Source: Escherichia phage ECP2303. Taken from it: a DNA stretch of 64,000 nucleotides. Positions 16,323 through 25,667 of this stretch are shown in pieces. The notes below the pieces were generated by a model. That model was not told where the DNA came from. It saw only the letters and a list, made by a program, of their open reading frames with translations, and ran no database searches. The stretch lies in sequence record PP261279.1. One strand, given 5' to 3'. How positions within the stretch are numbered: the first letter of the stretch is position 1; every line of letters starts with the position of its first letter. The position numbers and the translations under genes were made by a program.

Positions 16323-17549
16323 TTAAAAAGGTATGTCATCATCAAAGGCGTACTGTGCCGGATTCTGATCCATCGGGTCGTCTTCCGCATCATCTACAGG
16401 AGGAGCGTCTACAGTGTTTTGCTGTGGGGCGGCTTCCTGTTTGGCAGCTTGAGGCTCTTGATGGTCAGTGGCTCCAGCACCGTTCTTGATCCAATCATAC
16501 AACGGTTCAGCAAGATTAGTCAAGACATCTTTTGCCTCTGCAGTAATTGCTACTGCAAAATCATCAACTTTCGTTTTCTTGTCAATACGGCGACAAGCGT
16601 TCAATACCGCATTACCAACACTGGCACCTACTTCATCTTCAGTTCGGTTAGTGGCTTGAGCGTACTCTTTCTTAAGCTCGATGGTGACCACGTGCAGTGT
16701 TTTAGCCACATCTAAAGGGCTGTCAATCTTAAACCCGCGATCCAGGATGATCTGCAATGCATTGATACTGTGCCCTGTCTCTACACCGATGGGGTCGTAA
16801 GAGGATTTACGCTTACCACCAGAACCTTGTGTACCGTTCTCTGCTTTAGGCGGGTAGGCCTTGAAGCCGCTGATAATATTCCCGGTGTCTTTGTCAACAA
16901 TAGCTGCAACACGACCGCCAACCACCAGGTCTTTAAGCTGCTCATCAGAGACAACCATAGCACCTTCACCAATCTTGTGATCATTGACAGTAACCACGTT
17001 GCCAACAATCTGAGTCACATCACCATAGATGCGTAAAACGTCCTGATTGGCATTCTGCTGAGGTTTCTGCTTCTGGCCTTGTGATTGTGTGCCTTGTTGC
17101 TGTTTTTGTTGCTGTGGAGCTGCTGGAGCCTCTCCTGCCCCCAACTTAACCATTTTAGCCAGTGAGCCTTTGTAGTAGGTCTTGCCGTTATGCTCGTTTG
17201 CCTTCAAAGGGATATTTACGATCCATCCTGGCGTTACGGTTTCCCACTTGTCGTCAATTTTAACAGAGACGGAGTCTTGATGACCAGGCTTAAGCAGCTT
17301 ATCACCCATACTGATCCAAACTTCTTCACCACCTTGGAGCAGGTTATCAGAGGAGTCCAGTTCAGAAATCAGTAAAGAGATGGTGTGGCTGGATTCAATT
17401 TTCTTACCTTGCCACACAGTGGTTTTAATACCTGTTGTAGGATCAGCACCTTTAATGGGCTTGATGCTGACACGTTTAATCATACCGTGAGCCAGTAAAA
17501 CAGTTTCACGCGGATTCATCGGGTTGGCAAATTGTTGAATAACGCTCAT
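16323..17549 (-). CDS. single-stranded DNA-binding protein-like (acidic C-terminal DDDIPF tail, Q-rich linker)
   Basis: C-terminus ...AQYAFDDDIPF matches the bacterial SSB tail signature; start at MSVIQQ... with RBS aaggagacaaata-ATG rather than the upstream ORF-track start. Confidence 0.6.
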   Translation of the reverse strand: MSVIQQFANPMNPRETVLLAHGMIKRVSIKPIKGADPTTGIKTTVWQGKKIESSHTISLLISELDSSDNLLQGGEEVWISMGDKLLKPGHQDSVSVKIDDKWETVTPGWIVNIPLKANEHNGKTYYKGSLAKMVKLGAGEAPAAPQQQKQQQGTQSQGQKQKPQQNANQDVLRIYGDVTQIVGNVVTVNDHKIGEGAMVVSDEQLKDLVVGGRVAAIVDKDTGNIISGFKAYPPKAENGTQGSGGKRKSSYDPIGVETGHSINALQIILDRGFKIDSPLDVAKTLHVVTIELKKEYAQATNRTEDEVGASVGNAVLNACRRIDKKTKVDDFAVAITAEAKDVLTNLAEPLYDWIKNGAGATDHQEPQAAKQEAAPQQNTVDAPPVDDAEDDPMDQNPAQYAFDDDIPF

Positions 17550-17914
17550 TATTTGTCTCCTTGTTCTTCGTTGGTGTTTGCTGTGTGTGCAAACCCTGCT
17601 TGAATTAATTTGTCCTGCACTTGAGCCAACAGGCCCATTGCAAAACTTGTCGTCCCAGAAAGGGCCATTAGCATATCTCGTTGCTGAGCTACCCAACCTA
17701 AGGCATAATCTAAACGACGATATTTTTCTTCTTCGCGCAGAGCCTGAAATAACTGTTCAGCCTCTGGTTGTTGTGTGAGCTCCTGAAGTCTTCCCATAAA
17801 AGAAGAAAGTACCAGCAGAAGAGACACTTGATCTTTGCTTAACCCTAAGAAAAATTCTTGAGGTTGTTCTTGCTCGTTCATCGCAACCGACGCTTGATCG
17901 TTCATTTGTTCCAT
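17549..17914 (-). CDS. hypothetical protein
   Basis: ORF-track frame 17549..17959; start at MEQMNDQ... with RBS ggag; TAATG overlap with the SSB-like gene. Confidence 0.55.
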   Translation of the reverse strand: MEQMNDQASVAMNEQEQPQEFFLGLSKDQVSLLLVLSSFMGRLQELTQQPEAEQLFQALREEEKYRRLDYALGWVAQQRDMLMALSGTTSFAMGLLAQVQDKLIQAGFAHTANTNEEQGDK

Positions 17915-17996
17915 TGTGGAATCTCCGATTTTATTTGAACAACATAAAGGAGACACCATTTTAGCATCTCCTTCTGTAAATTACAACAGCTATTTA

Positions 17997-18242
17997 TTAG
18001 CCAATTACTTCGAAAGTGCCCCAACTCCCGTTCAGCAGGCAGGTGATCGGATCACCATCATCGTCAATTATTTCAAAGTTTTCAACATCCAGAATATGGT
18101 CATCGAACACAATACTTTCGTCACCACCACCAGAAACAACAGTGTATTCCTTACCTTGAGTCAAGTTTTGACACCCTTTGCCACCAAAACCTACTTCAAC
18201 ACAACGTACTTTCTGTCCTGCGCGAGCAACTACTTCAGCCAT
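17997..18242 (-). CDS. hypothetical small protein
   Basis: 81-aa ORF; RBS aggaga. Confidence 0.6.
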   Translation of the reverse strand: MAEVVARAGQKVRCVEVGFGGKGCQNLTQGKEYTVVSGGGDESIVFDDHILDVENFEIIDDDGDPITCLLNGSWGTFEVIG

Positions 18243-18259
18243 CTTAAGGTCTCCTGATA

Positions 18260-18562
18260 TTAATCGTCAAGTTCAAAATAGATTTTAACAGCTTCATCAA
18301 AGATTGGAATCCCGATGTTGTTGATAAGCTGCCAAACTACCATATCTTTTCCTGGATCTGGGAGAATGTCAACCTTTCTCCATGCGCTGTATATCCAGTT
18401 CGGACCGCCTTCTGCACTAACTGGTAGATTTTCACCAGCTTCCTGTAGATACTTATACAGCAAAAGGTATTCTGGATACTCTAGAACACTGTCCTCTGTA
18501 GTATACAGCAGTTCACGGTATACTTTCAAGAATCCTGTTGGGTTGATGTTTTCAGTCTTCAT
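18260..18562 (-). CDS. hypothetical protein
   Basis: Start placed at MKTENIN... with RBS aggaga. Confidence 0.6.
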   Translation of the reverse strand: MKTENINPTGFLKVYRELLYTTEDSVLEYPEYLLLYKYLQEAGENLPVSAEGGPNWIYSAWRKVDILPDPGKDMVVWQLINNIGIPIFDEAVKIYFELDD

Positions 18563-18956
18563 TTGCTGCTTCTCCTGCATTCATCAGATCTGCCATAGCG
18601 TCACCAACGAAGAGGACAACCACGTCGTTGACAGCGTCAGCATCATCTTTATTGATGTTGCTGAATTTGGGGCACACTGCAATGACCATATAGACCCCGT
18701 TGCCCAACTGAACAGTGCGTGTAGTGCACATCAGTGTGGTGCTTGTGCCTTCTTTAAAGGCAAATCCTTGCAGACGTTCTTCCAGAGAGCCACCTGTGGA
18801 TTTCAACAAGGCAAGATCTCCCAGTGCGTAGGTAGTGTCCTCATAGGTCAGTCCAGAGGTCAATGTTGCCTTTCCATCAGAGACTATAATAACTCCATCG
18901 GCACCGTCAAGCTCAGAGGCTTCAAAGATATTAATATCCCAAATGTTTTTCATCAC
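18552..18956 (-). CDS. hypothetical protein
   Basis: 134-aa ORF. Confidence 0.6.
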   Translation of the reverse strand: MMKNIWDINIFEASELDGADGVIIVSDGKATLTSGLTYEDTTYALGDLALLKSTGGSLEERLQGFAFKEGTSTTLMCTTRTVQLGNGVYMVIAVCPKFSNINKDDADAVNDVVVLFVGDAMADLMNAGEAANED

Positions 18957-19225
18957 GCTTCCTCGTCATCTAAGTAATCATCAAGAGAGGTGAAGATTTC
19001 ACCGAAGTATTCTAATACCTCCAGCTCTCTGGTGGTGCAACAAACATAATCTCCCTGGTCATCCTTGATAGTAGCCTCCTTACCTAGCACATCCACTTCA
19101 AATTCATCGTTTAGCAGGACGGCCCCTGTGTAAATTTTGTCTGCTGTGCAGTCCCGAAAAGCAGAGTCCTTCTCCAGATAGTCTGGCTTAACCTTGGCTT
19201 TAATTCGTTGATATTGTTTGGTCAT
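18953..19225 (-). CDS. small paralog-family protein
   Basis: Start at MTKQYQ... with RBS aaaggaga; shares (A/S)F(K/R)DCT...DD(E/Q)GD..(W/C)CT with 19289..19543. Confidence 0.6.
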   Translation of the reverse strand: MTKQYQRIKAKVKPDYLEKDSAFRDCTADKIYTGAVLLNDEFEVDVLGKEATIKDDQGDYVCCTTRELEVLEYFGEIFTSLDDYLDDEEA

Positions 19226-19288
19226 TGCTGTGGTCTCCTTTCGTTTTGATAGGGCCATTATATTAGACCCCATCTCTATTGTCAAGTA

Positions 19289-19543
19289 TTAATGCTCAGG
19301 TTTTACAAAAACTACTTCGTTAACAGTGCACCAGACAGAATCCCCTTCATCATCTTTAAAGGTAAGACACTGGGCCGAGTTTTCCAACTCATCAAGTTCT
19401 TCTTGTGATAAACAGGTTCCTTCTTCCAGAAGGGCTTTTACCAAAGGGTTCTCACAAAACTCTGCTTCATAAATTGCACCGAGTGTGCAATCTTTAAAAG
19501 CTCGGTCATTTGCAACGCATTCTGGCTTCAAAGTGATTTGCAT
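19289..19543 (-). CDS. small paralog-family protein
   Basis: 84 aa; RBS gaggag; paralogous to 18953..19225. Confidence 0.6.
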   Translation of the reverse strand: MQITLKPECVANDRAFKDCTLGAIYEAEFCENPLVKALLEEGTCLSQEELDELENSAQCLTFKDDEGDSVWCTVNEVVFVKPEH

Positions 19544-19619
19544 CTTAGCAGTCTCCTCAATTATTTAAAAATCAAATCTCTGTTTGTGTGAAGTATCTTA
19601 TATCCAATCTTACTTCTTG

Positions 19620-19991
19620 TCAATGGCTATTTTCAATCATCCACACAGGGTCGAGGTAAATTTGTTGGCGTTTTGCCCAATGACAAACTTCATTGTACAT
19701 CTGAATCTCTTTGTCTGTCAATTCACGAATAGGCTCATCTATACCCTCATTTTTGTGGTAATCCCAGTCGGCATCGATTTCCCACAACCATGACTTACGA
19801 TCTTCACGCTTACGCACACAGAAGTCCCCAGGACGGCCTGCCAGTGCATTTAAGAACTCGTTCTCCGCTCGCTCCTGAAGAATACTAAGGAGCAAAACGT
19901 TGGAGCATGACCGTAAAATATGCTTCAGCTCACAATCATCAATCTCAACTTCAATACGTTGCTTGACTGTGTGGGTACCTTTTACTAACAT
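19620..19991 (-). CDS. hypothetical protein
   Basis: Start at MLVKGTH... with RBS gaggagg. Confidence 0.6.
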   Translation of the reverse strand: MLVKGTHTVKQRIEVEIDDCELKHILRSCSNVLLLSILQERAENEFLNALAGRPGDFCVRKREDRKSWLWEIDADWDYHKNEGIDEPIRELTDKEIQMYNEVCHWAKRQQIYLDPVWMIENSH

Positions 19992-20001
19992 TCTACCTCC
20001 T

Positions 20002-20196
20002 CTATACAAACTCTGCAAGGGTTGTGTTGTTCACCGCACCGCAGTAGATGGAATATCCCAACCCATTAGGGTGCAGAAACCACGGCACACCTTGGTCATC
20101 CTTCACGTATACATCTCCATTTTTCGTGAAGGGCCAATACTCTTCCCCAAGGGTAAAATACCTACTCATACCTTCAGCCAGATACTTTACTTTCAT
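20002..20196 (-). CDS. small paralog-family protein (KDDxG..W(F/Y)(L/I) motif)
   Basis: 64 aa; shares the motif with 20193..20420 and 20417..20701. Confidence 0.55.
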   Translation of the reverse strand: MKVKYLAEGMSRYFTLGEEYWPFTKNGDVYVKDDQGVPWFLHPNGLGYSIYCGAVNNTTLAEFV

Positions 20197-20420
20197 AGAT
20201 CCTCTTCAACAGCTACAAACTTGGCAAGTAGGGTGGTTCCATAGATATGATACTCACCGTTTGCCAGATGGGAGATATACCAGGAGATACCGTCCTCGTC
20301 TTCGATCATATTGTTTCTGCGATCCTTATCGTAATAAACCTTGTAGACCTTACCTTCTTCAAAGAATGATAAATCTGTCATCTTCTCTTCTACAAACGTC
20401 GCTTTAACCAAAGTTGTCAT
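20193..20420 (-). CDS. small paralog-family protein
   Basis: 75 aa; motif EDEDGISWYI. Confidence 0.55.
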   Translation of the reverse strand: MTTLVKATFVEEKMTDLSFFEEGKVYKVYYDKDRRNNMIEDEDGISWYISHLANGEYHIYGTTLLAKFVAVEEDL

Positions 20421-20701
20421 TGATCTGCCTCCTTCTTGTTAAGCCGGAACACTGCAATAATAGCATTTCCAAGATGCAGTGTCAAATCATTTCCCAGATA
20501 CCACAGCATTCCACGGTCATCTTTAATGAAAGGGTAACAGTCTGGTGCCTTCCAGACATTATACACTTTGCCGACCTGAAAGAAATCAGGCCCTGTTGGA
20601 ATTTTAGTACCGGGCCACACTTGAGACACCTGAACGCACTCTACCTGCATAATAACAGGAATAGTCATGGAGGTAAATGTTTTTGTCGGTTCTACTACCA
20701 T
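20417..20701 (-). CDS. small paralog-family protein
   Basis: 94 aa; motif KDDRGMLWYL. Confidence 0.55.
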   Translation of the reverse strand: MVVEPTKTFTSMTIPVIMQVECVQVSQVWPGTKIPTGPDFFQVGKVYNVWKAPDCYPFIKDDRGMLWYLGNDLTLHLGNAIIAVFRLNKKEADQ

Positions 20702-20752
20702 AAAAGTCTCCTCTCTTTGTCTAGCAACACTTCCGTGTGTTGATAGTTTACA

Positions 20753-23530
20753 TTAGTGACAATCGCCCCAGTTACGACCGCACAAGTATTCACCTGTGAT
20801 CTGGAACGGAACGCCCATCATTTTAGAAGCCTGCCAGAAGCAATGCACCACCATTTCGCCCACAGGGCTCCAGATAAGTTCAAGCTTTCCGTCATCGTTC
20901 AAGATAGGATCGTATACCGTATTTCCGTCCTTGTCAACCATTTCGTTTCCATCCTCATCTTTGCGTGCCTTTTTGTACTTATGACCGTCGAACACATGAA
21001 GTTTAGCCTCCTGCTTGGCCTTAAATGTTTCCAGCTCTTCAATTGTGTCGAAGGTGTATACGGTTTTATACTTAGGTGTGTCAGGCACTTGAAGCTGATA
21101 TTCGTCATGGTAATAAATAATACGACGAACACCTTCATCATACCATCCACGCTTCACCATTTGGTGGTGCATGAGGATTCCGACCAAGTCGCACAACGAT
21201 GCACCGCCATTTTGCTGATATGCATTAAGCAAAGAGTGTTTAGAGCGGGTCCAAATGGCATGCCCGTCAAAAGAGTAGATAAATTTCTTACCTGTTGCTT
21301 CCCAGAATTTCTCCAGATCCTCTTTACGCCCCTTAAGGCCTGGGTTGGCATCCCAGAGAGCATCAATTACTCTCTGTCCAAGTTCTGGAGAGATATCTAG
21401 CATATCTGCAACTTTATCTTTTTGTGCCCCGTACATAACCCCATATGTGACAGGCTTACCATCGTTACGAGACACCTCTCTACCTGCTACTTTTGTATAT
21501 GCCTCAGCATTGTTTTGGTGCGCGTCCCCGTTACTTACAACATCATAATACAGACCGTTGTCAAACTCAAAGGCACCCCAGGCCCCGATGAGCTGCTCTA
21601 AGTTGGACCCGTCAATACCGATCTCAAAGTATCCCGGAGGAACACCCCACAGACTACGCATCTCTTTACCCATAACCACTTTAGGAGATGGTTTAGGCAT
21701 GTTTGCACAAATACTATGTTTCTGTCTGGAAGTGTTTGTTAATCCAGAACTTTTAGCAGGAAGCTTGTGGTCAATCTTCAAACGTGGATGATTAAGAAGA
21801 CCAGTATCAACCTTATCTTCCTTGATTGGATCAAGGACCGATCTGCGGTTTCGCAATGATAACCACAAAACGATATCTTTAGCCATCTCTCCGTTCAATT
21901 TTTCAAGATTCGGGCACAGGTGTCCAAACGTATCTTTCAGTTGCGGAGAAGTAATAAGCGCTCTGGCTTTTCTACGTATCTTCCCAAACACTTCCTTTTT
22001 AATCCTTTCTGAGTTAGGGAAGCTTCGGAACTTATGCACAGTTGTCTGGAACTTGGCATCAGTTTTGTTCCAGAAGTTGATAATTAGATCACAATACTCT
22101 GACTCTAAAAGCTCGTCCATATATGCATATACTCGTGCATCAACATCTGCATCAGGTAAAGCTTTCTTCTTACTATCCTTAGTTACATCCTTAGTTCTCC
22201 ACATTGTTGGGAGCCAACCAGCACTGATCAGGTATCGCTTGATGTCGTCCTGATTGCTGATTTTCATAGGTATCTTGCAGTCAGGCATTCGCTTCTGCTG
22301 TAGGTCACTTATCGCCTGATCCATCAGCTCTTTAGGTAAAGGGTGTGGTGTAGAAGTTCCTTTGATATACCCCCTCAAGAAATCAGCCATCTTATCGGGG
22401 TCTTTACAGCCCATCTCTTCACACCATTTTATCCCCATCTTACTTACATCCCCTGTGGAGGTAAATGCTCGCTTAGGAGGGGCTTTAAATTCTAAAGCAC
22501 TCATGTCTACAGGATAGCCAAGCTTGTCTTTTAACCATTTCCAACCATTATTGGAGATTGTCCCATCTTGGTTAAACGGCTTTTCAGGGAACTTAGGCCG
22601 TTGAGACATTGATAGCTCTTTTAAAGGAAGTTGTGGTTCAACACGATCAGCGATCTCTTTCATCCACGCATCGCAGCGGTCACGTAAAGCAATAGCCCCA
22701 TCTATGTCGAAATACACCCCCTGTCGAGCCTGCAGCTCCATCAGGAAGTGCTGTAACATGCCTCGGCGTAATGCGTTCTTCCAGGTGATCTTCTTGAAGC
22801 CTTTCGGCTTCTCTTTGGCAGGATCGTACATAAAGTTCTGCATGTCAGATTTGCCGTAGAATACACCTTTTGATTCAGCTACCAACTCCTTCCAGAGCAA
22901 CTCCTGAATGATAACGTCCTCGAACACACGATCCACATACTTCCACAGCGGAAGCTCACGCCAGTCATCGATTTGAACTTTCTGGTTACCAAGGGCATAG
23001 CCCCATGCCATAAGGCCATGAGGCCCAACAGGCTGCATTTTCTTGGTAACTGGATTGAATACTGCGTCCGGACAACCTTTTGGCAAAGGGCGGTCAGGCC
23101 ACAAGATTCGACTCATCGCTAACGTATCAAACAGATTAACCTGGTGGTCGTTGATAGTTCCCATGCATTTAGGATCACGGAACATATCAAAATGAATACC
23201 GGATAATCTTTCCATCAGCATAAAGTCGTAACTGTAGCAGTTATGGCAGTTCAAAGCCGTAGGTGACCAGTCTGAATTGCCTGTAAGCCAGCCTTCCAAC
23301 TCTGAAAAATCTGCTATGCGAGCCTCAAAATCTGTATAAAGGGTCTTCTTTGCCAGAATGAAGTTCTTAGCTTTCTCCACATCCTCTTCAGAGTAGTGTG
23401 TGCGGTCATTTAGGGGAAGGAACAGCATAAAACGGTTCTTATTCAGCTCTTTAAACAAACCGCAGTGATAATAAAGATCTGGGTCTTCCAGCAAGCCAGA
23501 GGCCTCAAAATCGAACGACCACATGCTCAT
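20753..23530 (-). CDS. DNA polymerase, family A, with N-terminal 3'-5' exonuclease domain
   Basis: 925 aa; Exo I-like FDFEASGL; motif A-like GIDGSNLEQL; motif B-like RNDGKPVTYGVMYG; motif C-like IIYYHDEYQL; RBS aaggaga. Confidence 0.9.
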   Translation of the reverse strand: MSMWSFDFEASGLLEDPDLYYHCGLFKELNKNRFMLFLPLNDRTHYSEEDVEKAKNFILAKKTLYTDFEARIADFSELEGWLTGNSDWSPTALNCHNCYSYDFMLMERLSGIHFDMFRDPKCMGTINDHQVNLFDTLAMSRILWPDRPLPKGCPDAVFNPVTKKMQPVGPHGLMAWGYALGNQKVQIDDWRELPLWKYVDRVFEDVIIQELLWKELVAESKGVFYGKSDMQNFMYDPAKEKPKGFKKITWKNALRRGMLQHFLMELQARQGVYFDIDGAIALRDRCDAWMKEIADRVEPQLPLKELSMSQRPKFPEKPFNQDGTISNNGWKWLKDKLGYPVDMSALEFKAPPKRAFTSTGDVSKMGIKWCEEMGCKDPDKMADFLRGYIKGTSTPHPLPKELMDQAISDLQQKRMPDCKIPMKISNQDDIKRYLISAGWLPTMWRTKDVTKDSKKKALPDADVDARVYAYMDELLESEYCDLIINFWNKTDAKFQTTVHKFRSFPNSERIKKEVFGKIRRKARALITSPQLKDTFGHLCPNLEKLNGEMAKDIVLWLSLRNRRSVLDPIKEDKVDTGLLNHPRLKIDHKLPAKSSGLTNTSRQKHSICANMPKPSPKVVMGKEMRSLWGVPPGYFEIGIDGSNLEQLIGAWGAFEFDNGLYYDVVSNGDAHQNNAEAYTKVAGREVSRNDGKPVTYGVMYGAQKDKVADMLDISPELGQRVIDALWDANPGLKGRKEDLEKFWEATGKKFIYSFDGHAIWTRSKHSLLNAYQQNGGASLCDLVGILMHHQMVKRGWYDEGVRRIIYYHDEYQLQVPDTPKYKTVYTFDTIEELETFKAKQEAKLHVFDGHKYKKARKDEDGNEMVDKDGNTVYDPILNDDGKLELIWSPVGEMVVHCFWQASKMMGVPFQITGEYLCGRNWGDCH

Positions 23531-23588
23531 ATACAGTTCTCCTTAAAGGGGAGGCGGTTGTACTACCCCTCCCACTCTTGGTTAAACA

Positions 23589-25667
23589 TTAAAAAGGTGT
23601 TTCGTCGTCTTCAAAACCAGGAACGTGGTTAGAGGACGGATCATCATACTGAAGATCTTCCTGTGTGTCAACAGGGTTAACAGCAGGAGTTATAACCTTA
23701 TCAGCCACAACCTTGCCCACAGGTGTTTCTACAACTGCATGCTCCTGATCCTCAAACATAGCTTGAGGTCTCCAAACAACCTCTCCACCTTCCCCGTCTG
23801 TAAACATCTGCATCTCTTTATCCCAATACCAATTGCTGGCATCGTGGAACTTGCCTGTGTGGGGATCCATAACTAGGGTGTCCGCAATACCTAAGGTTTT
23901 TGCTGGGCGGTTTTTAAGACCTACCAGCCGGACACGTCCACGGGAACGATCCACCATCTCCTCTGCCTCTACCCCGACAACCACCCAGCTAAGTTGCTCC
24001 AATCCGGCACTACCGCGAAGGTTCTCTTTTCGCACAGGGTACCAGAAAGGTAACGGATTTCCATCCTTATCCTTCGGAGGTACAATCTCTGTGCGCTTCA
24101 GGTGAGCAATCACCAAGATAAACACATTAAACTGCTTACAGAACGCGGCTAGTTGAGTCATAGCCATGTCAAGCTCTTTACGCTCATCCTTAACATTAAG
24201 CCCTGAAATCACCATAGACAAGTGATCCAGCACAATGTAACGGCAGTGATACAGGCACACCATTTGTTTAAGCTTAGTGATCAGCTCATCTACAGGGATG
24301 GAGCCGAAATGCTTGAACACTTTGATTTTTCCGGCCTTGGCCCAAGATTGATGAATCTCAGCGTGCTCCTGATCGGTCAGGAACTGACTGGGGTCTTCAA
24401 CAAACTCTTTAACATCAAACCCCAGCTGGTTAGCGTACAGAGAGTTGATTGCTTCCTCAGGATCCTCTTCAAGGTGAATCAGGCACAGGCGATCATCCTC
24501 TTCATAATCATCAGCTTTAGGGCATGTTGGGTCCATCAAGTATCTTGCAATGCAATGTTCCAGCTTCTTGGCTACAGTTGTTTTACCACCGCCAGACGGG
24601 CCTGTCAGCATCATCAAGGTGCCTTTGTGGAGTCCTTTCAGCATCTTCTGCAGTTTAGGGAACTCTGCACTAATATCCACGCCATTGGAAGTCTTCTTAC
24701 GAAGAGATTCAATGGAGAAGTCTTCTAAATCAGATACAGCATCAGGCACATATTTGACTGGGTGACGGAACATGTTGACAATATCTTCCAGCTTTTTAGC
24801 CTTCAGCATGTCACGAATATCTTTTACACCATCAGGGTCGTTTACCTCACCTGGGTATTCCACGTGGTAAACGTTGTCAGCCATCAAAAATGCTGCGATA
24901 TTATGCGTAGCTTCAACACCTTTGATAACGTGTTTTTGCTTCTCTACCTCGTTAGCTGCATCGTTGTCCATTGCAAGGACTACTGTTCCGTAGCTACGGA
25001 TAAATTTCTCATTGTTCGCAAAAGTGTCTACGGCGTTTGCACACCCGCAGTTAATTCCGACAAAAGGCAGGCATGGTTTTCCTGCCAGATCACCGCCGTT
25101 GATAACTGCATCAATCCCATCCTGGACTTCTTTAGCCCACTGCTTCACCTTCGCTGGGGCTTTAGCATTGGTGAGAATACCTTTTACTTGTACCTGATAT
25201 GCAGCCTGCCACGCTGCAATAACATCTCCTTCCCCCTCACAAACGTTAATCTGCTTGCGGTTGTTGGAGGATGCACACAGCTTTTGACCAAACATCTGGG
25301 AGTTGGCCTTTACTATGCCGACAACCGAGAAATGGCCCCTTTGCTCTTTAGGGATTGTCCAGTCACGCTTTTTAAAGCCAGATAGATTACCGTAGCGGTC
25401 ATAATACGGAAAGTAGGTGGCAGTAACAGTTACGCCATCCTCTTGGGATAGCGATGATCGTACACCAAAATATTGTGCAGCCATCAGTCCAATATTTTGT
25501 TGTGGAACAGGGACAATTTTAGTATTTTCTAAAACAGTCTCTACAGTTTCAACTTCTTTTTCATCACGATAGTCTCGTTTCACACTTCCCCCACTTTTAT
25601 ACTTAGTTGCTTTCGGGTTTGGCTCACCGAAACGGTTGTATGCAGATGCCATGAATTTACTGCCCAT
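23589..25667 (-). CDS. primase-helicase (TOPRIM primase + DnaB-family helicase, T7 gp4-like)
   Basis: 692 aa; TOPRIM-like VCEGEGD and LAMDNDAAN; Walker A LTGPSGGGKTT; VLDHLSMV; IAHLKR; LRGSAGLEQLS. Confidence 0.85.
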   Translation of the reverse strand: MGSKFMASAYNRFGEPNPKATKYKSGGSVKRDYRDEKEVETVETVLENTKIVPVPQQNIGLMAAQYFGVRSSLSQEDGVTVTATYFPYYDRYGNLSGFKKRDWTIPKEQRGHFSVVGIVKANSQMFGQKLCASSNNRKQINVCEGEGDVIAAWQAAYQVQVKGILTNAKAPAKVKQWAKEVQDGIDAVINGGDLAGKPCLPFVGINCGCANAVDTFANNEKFIRSYGTVVLAMDNDAANEVEKQKHVIKGVEATHNIAAFLMADNVYHVEYPGEVNDPDGVKDIRDMLKAKKLEDIVNMFRHPVKYVPDAVSDLEDFSIESLRKKTSNGVDISAEFPKLQKMLKGLHKGTLMMLTGPSGGGKTTVAKKLEHCIARYLMDPTCPKADDYEEDDRLCLIHLEEDPEEAINSLYANQLGFDVKEFVEDPSQFLTDQEHAEIHQSWAKAGKIKVFKHFGSIPVDELITKLKQMVCLYHCRYIVLDHLSMVISGLNVKDERKELDMAMTQLAAFCKQFNVFILVIAHLKRTEIVPPKDKDGNPLPFWYPVRKENLRGSAGLEQLSWVVVGVEAEEMVDRSRGRVRLVGLKNRPAKTLGIADTLVMDPHTGKFHDASNWYWDKEMQMFTDGEGGEVVWRPQAMFEDQEHAVVETPVGKVVADKVITPAVNPVDTQEDLQYDDPSSNHVPGFEDDETPF

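Noticed and set aside
16323-17696. Longer 457-aa version of the SSB-like gene starting at 17696
   Set aside because: The upstream extension has no RBS and overlaps the preceding gene; the ATG at 17549 has a canonical RBS and a TAATG junction.
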